From Moniliella sp. 'wahieum' (Eukaryota), in NCBI GenBank assembly GCA_003971905.1, contig RSEE01000022.1:496001-560000 (forward strand): 64,000 bases of DNA, written 5' to 3'. The number at the start of each line of letters is the position of its first letter. Positions within the stretch are counted from its first letter, which is position 1. Below are positions 59,920 through 64,000 of this stretch, piece by piece. The notes under the pieces were generated by a model. That model saw only the letters and a program-made list of their open reading frames with translations, made no database searches and had not been told where the DNA came from. The position numbers and the translations under genes are program-made.

Positions 59920-62900
59920 TTACGCACGACACGACAAAGGTGACGAAGCGGAAGAAGGCACGGCGCGACACGGCACGTTCCTCCTCAAGCGTACGGGCTG
60001 CGCTGAATATGCGCCGCAAGTTGGGGAAGGCCATACGCTTGGCCCTGTGGGCGATCCAGACGATGTGCGAACGGCGGGCGATGGAGCAGCCGCAGAGCGA
60101 GTGGTAGGCGCAGGAGGCGCTTTGGCTACCTCGCTCTCCCCAAGATAAGGAGGCCTGCCAGGCCTACCTCCTAAGGCCCAAGGGCGCTCGCTGCCCATTC
60201 CGCCATTCCGCCCCGCGGCAGGCCAAGGGCTGGCTTTCTGAAATGGACGAACCAGGGGGAGGCCCTGAAGGGACATGGCCATATTCATTTCCTCTTTCTT
60301 CTATCGTCAGCTCTGGGAGAAACAACAGATGGCATTCGTCTCTACCTCTCGATGGGCCACCAACAGTAAAGGGAGACGTCATGGATGATGGGAAGATGGT
60401 TGGCAAACGCAGGGCTAAAACACGGAGAACATCACACGAGGCACGGCCAGACTGTTCTCGTCCATCAATGTTTGGAATGGAGGAAAATGCACTTGCGATG
60501 CCTGCTCTGTTCCTGCTCAAGCAAAAGCCGCCGGAGCGATTCAGAAGCGGTGGAAGATCGACTAGTTGGCACAGTCGGCGTAGGCCGCTTGAAGGCCAAT
60601 CCGCCCTGTGCCGCGGCAAGGTGGGAGGCCGATGAACGACACTGCTCTCCCCCCTCATTCGAAGGGCGATTTTCCTCGGCTTCCCACTGCGGCCCAAGCT
60701 CCTGTCCTTCTTGTGGGGTGGCCAAGCCGGGACCGGCAAAGGGGGTGCTGCTAGCCAGCCCATAGCTCTCTGCTGCAATCGACGATCCAGAGACCGATGT
60801 TGCCGGACCCGAGACGATGCCAAGGCCAATTGAGCAGCCGCTCTGGGACCCTTGGCAGAGATGGAAACTAAGCTGTGCGCCGCACTTGCCGTCGAACGTC
60901 CCGAATGGGAACGAGCGCCAAAGGAGCCTGGGGTACTCCCTGGGTTGGACAGCTTCCTTGCTCTGCTTCGACCGACTGTACGTGCACGACATGGGACGGG
61001 ACTGGGGACCCCGACGGCACACCTGCCGTTCCTGTCTCTGTTACTGCTGCCGCGCTTAGGGCCTCGCCTCCCAAGCGAGCACGCCAATTTGAGGGGAAGG
61101 CAGGGACCCGACTGTGGGGCCCGACCGAGGTTACCCATTTCAGCGATCTCGGCCTCGATCCCAAACCAAGAGGAGAGGCAGATACGCCCACATCCGACAC
61201 AGCTGGCGGCAGTGCTGAAGCTGGCGACGACGAGAAAGGGTTGGTGACATCAGCTGGGATGGAGCTCACCCTGGCGCGACGGGGGATCGGGACGGCTACT
61301 GCGGCGGTGGCGCCATCAGGTGCGAATCGCCCCACCGAGGGAGACCGGTTCTGGCGGGATCAAAAGCTGCTAGTGGGGCAGAGACAGGGCGCAAAGAAGG
61401 CGCGGCCTTACCGTGTCCAGAATCCCGCCACTGGAAGCGCCACCACCTTGGTTTGCCGCTATGGCTGCTCCCGGCGAGGTACCAGCGCTCCTCAAACCAG
61501 GCGAGGAGGCTCTCAAACCCCACTGCGCCCACTCCTGCAGGATTGGTGAGTCTTCTGGACAAGTTGGGATGCACCTCCGCGTGCGAGTCATCCATGGCGC
61601 ACTCGCCACGGGTGTAACAGGATCCGGGATTTTGGGTTCCAGTTCAGGTGTGGAGACATGGACAGTGACTGGGGGGAAGTAGCGGGCTGAGGAGGAGGAG
61701 CCACCTGGGATCCCAAAGGTGGTGTCGTTCGTGGTCGAGGCGGGGGCTTGCGCGTGTCGCCTGCCCCGGCGCTGAAGGATAGAGGGGGTAGACGGCAATG
61801 CAGTGGCTGGATTCGAGGGCGTGGTACTCCACCGCATCCAGAACATAGTATGTAAGCCCTATCGGGAGACGGAAGGGGTTCGTCATAACTGTCTCGAAGT
61901 CGTCAGGATGAGTGGGGGATGCATGGGATGCGGCCGAGTCGTCGTTGGCGGGTACCACCACCAGAGGCTCGGCCGAGCCAGCAGTATAGACTGCCACTCG
62001 GGTCACGCGCGCCACTAGCCAATGTTTCCCATGGACGAGGGAGGCCGTGTGCGCGGCACTTTCTTCCGGCCCAGCTGAGAAGGGGAGGCAGGTGTTCAAA
62101 AAGTGGTGCGGAGCGGAGACGTTAAACGCAGCCCAGGACGGAGCCGTGGAGGGCGTCCCGCCCGTGTTAGAGTCGCGTGTTTAGGAAGGAAGAGAGCCAA
62201 ATCACCGGGAAGAAACGAGGTAAAAGCTAGATGATCGCCATCAGGCCGGGTGAAAAACGGTCGAGCATGAGCAGGAAGCGCATGCGCAAGGGCCCGACTC
62301 GATGAGACGGGCTGGGGAATGGATGCCGTGGGAGGCGGTAGGGAAGTACCGGCGCCCGCGGCACCCAAGTTACCTAATGGCGTGGTAGCGGCTGCCCCAC
62401 TACGTGTGCGCACGCGGTCGAGATTGTCCTTGACCGAACGGTAGGCCTTCGTCCACTTCTTTACTACTCGCACCAGGCTCTCTAGCTTGACCTTTGCCTC
62501 AGAGGAGATAGTCGACGGAGTAAAGACAGCGTACACATGTCCCAGCGCCAACTCGAGATCGAGCAAATCTTGATCCATAGCGCCAAAGTCCAAGTGCCCG
62601 TCCCCTAACACACGGTCAGGGGCAGTCATCACGCTAGCCTTGTCCACTGATTCGGTTCCCACCGATCTTTTTCATATGTCCGTCCTCGAGATGGCGAAGA
62701 TAGGGGCTTGCGTTCATCCGAATGTGTGGCAGCCAAAGACTTTGCACCAACCGGCCTTCGGCCGGTTTCGGGGGAGTAGAGAGAACCCTGACCGGGGATG
62801 GCCGTCAACGTAGCAGAGGTAAACGGTTGGTGCGTCACTGGGACCGACCTCGGCGAGAATGCGGGAGAGCTATGTTTACCCAAGGAAGCAGGCCCACCAG

Positions 62901-64000
62901 TGTTGTGGTTCCGGCGAGAACATCCGCCGCCGATTTGGAGCGTGGGCGCACAACCAACGAGGTATCCTTCGCGGGCATAGTCTGAGCAGCAGCTGGCACG
63001 CCCATCTTGGGTGCAAGGGCCACCAAGGCTGTAATTAACTCCTGTGACGCCGCGTCCTGAGCGTGATCTAGCTTGGCGTCCTCTCCGCTTGAGGGCGCGC
63101 CAGATGTGGAAACCAGACCATCTCGCGATGGAGAGGTTGCTGTGGACGCTGGGGCCATAGAGGAATGCGCTGAGGCCCGACTCGCCAGCGCGGGCATGGC
63201 CAAGAGTGCTGCTCGGACAGCTAGGAGAGAATGTGCCCACTGAGCTGATGCTGATAGCAGCGCTATGTACCGTTCATTTGCCGTTGCCGCCGCCGTATCT
63301 GCAGCCTGCCTTGCCCGCTCGGCAGAGTCTACGCGGCGAGTTAACTGGACATGGTCTTCGTCGGCAGCCGAAAGTTGCGCCCTCAAAGCGGCCAATGCCT
63401 CTGTCAAGCATCAGCGTCTGCCGCGGCGCACGCTGCTCGGCGTGCCGAACCCAGGTCGCGCGTGGCCGAGTCCACATCCACCTGTAGTCTGGCAACCAAG
63501 GCAGCGTCAGCATCCGCCTCAGCCCGGGCTGACCGCTTGATCCGTTCTTTCTCATGCTCAGCATTCCTTGTAGCCTCTTGCTGCCGGTAAGTTGGGCCGG
63601 AGAGACACCACTTCTGCGCGGAGCTCGGCCGCCTCAGTCTGGGCGGCAACCAACTCAGCACGATGCAGAGGTGACTCTCGGGAACCTGCTTAGCCTTGGC
63701 TTCCGCCGCAGCTTGGGCGGCTGAGCGGCAGCGACCAGATCGACCTGATTTGCACCTTGCTGGGCTGCGGCGAGCGACTCTTCCAGTTCAGAAATGCGTA
63801 GCGCATCGTCTTCGGCGGCTTGATGGGCTCGCGATCGGCGCGGCGGAGTGACTCAAGCTCCTTCTGCTGAGCCTTCATGACATCGGACAAATTCAGATAA
63901 TGTTGCGCAGTGTCCGCTTGGGCACGAAGATGGCGCACGGTTGCTTGGAGCTCCTCCATCTCGGCCGCTTTGCGATGTGCTTCTCCTCGGTCGCGGGTTA
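59920..64000 (-). CDS. ATG11: Autophagy scaffold Atg11, C-terminal part (5' end outside the window); frameshifted; stop approximate
   Basis: Coiled coil; VKKWTKAYR; LAFTSFLPGDLALFLP..WAAFNV; WLVARVTRV; NPFRLPIGLTYYVLDA; followed by a Ser/Pro-rich tail. Confidence 0.88.

Noticed and set aside
1..64000. Pervasive frameshifts read as mass pseudogenisation or programmed frameshifting
   Set aside because: They hit essential genes (RPL17, RPP1, KGD1), mostly as single missing bases and often in homopolymer runs, with otherwise intact proteins. This is the signature of an unpolished assembly.

Overview
Eukaryotic, GC-rich, intron-poor fungal DNA, almost certainly a basidiomycete and probably Ustilaginomycotina-like (inferred from protein sequences and GTRNGT..CTRAC..YAG introns). 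Recognisable genes: Bem2-like RasGEF protein (runs off the left edge), amino-acid permease, RPP1, acyl-CoA synthetase, intron-containing tRNA-Lys(CTT), RING E3 ligase, CaM kinase, secreted alpha/beta-hydrolase-like protein, Gcn4/CpcA bZIP, Cox14-like protein, CNT nucleoside transporter, KGD1, a divergent RPL25/RPL17 pair, DUF1769-like protein, RPS24, VPS25 and ATG11 (runs off the right edge). Many CDSs, including ribosomal proteins, carry 1-nt indels that are most likely assembly errors, so CDS ends are approximate. The most striking unexplained signal is non-coding: the upstream regions of most genes carry 7-bp-period micro-arrays with one shared grammar, a palindromic A-NNNN-T hexamer plus one spacer base so that each junction reads TGA/TCA, and 13 of the 16 possible hexamers are used. 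Other observations: RING and DUF1769 domains split by very large insertions, a hairpin/uORF/stop-start leader on the Gcn4 homologue, a TAGGGTT motif at all four ribosomal-protein promoters, two candidate Cys-rich microproteins, and several decayed dispersed repeat families. All alignments and counts were done by eye.
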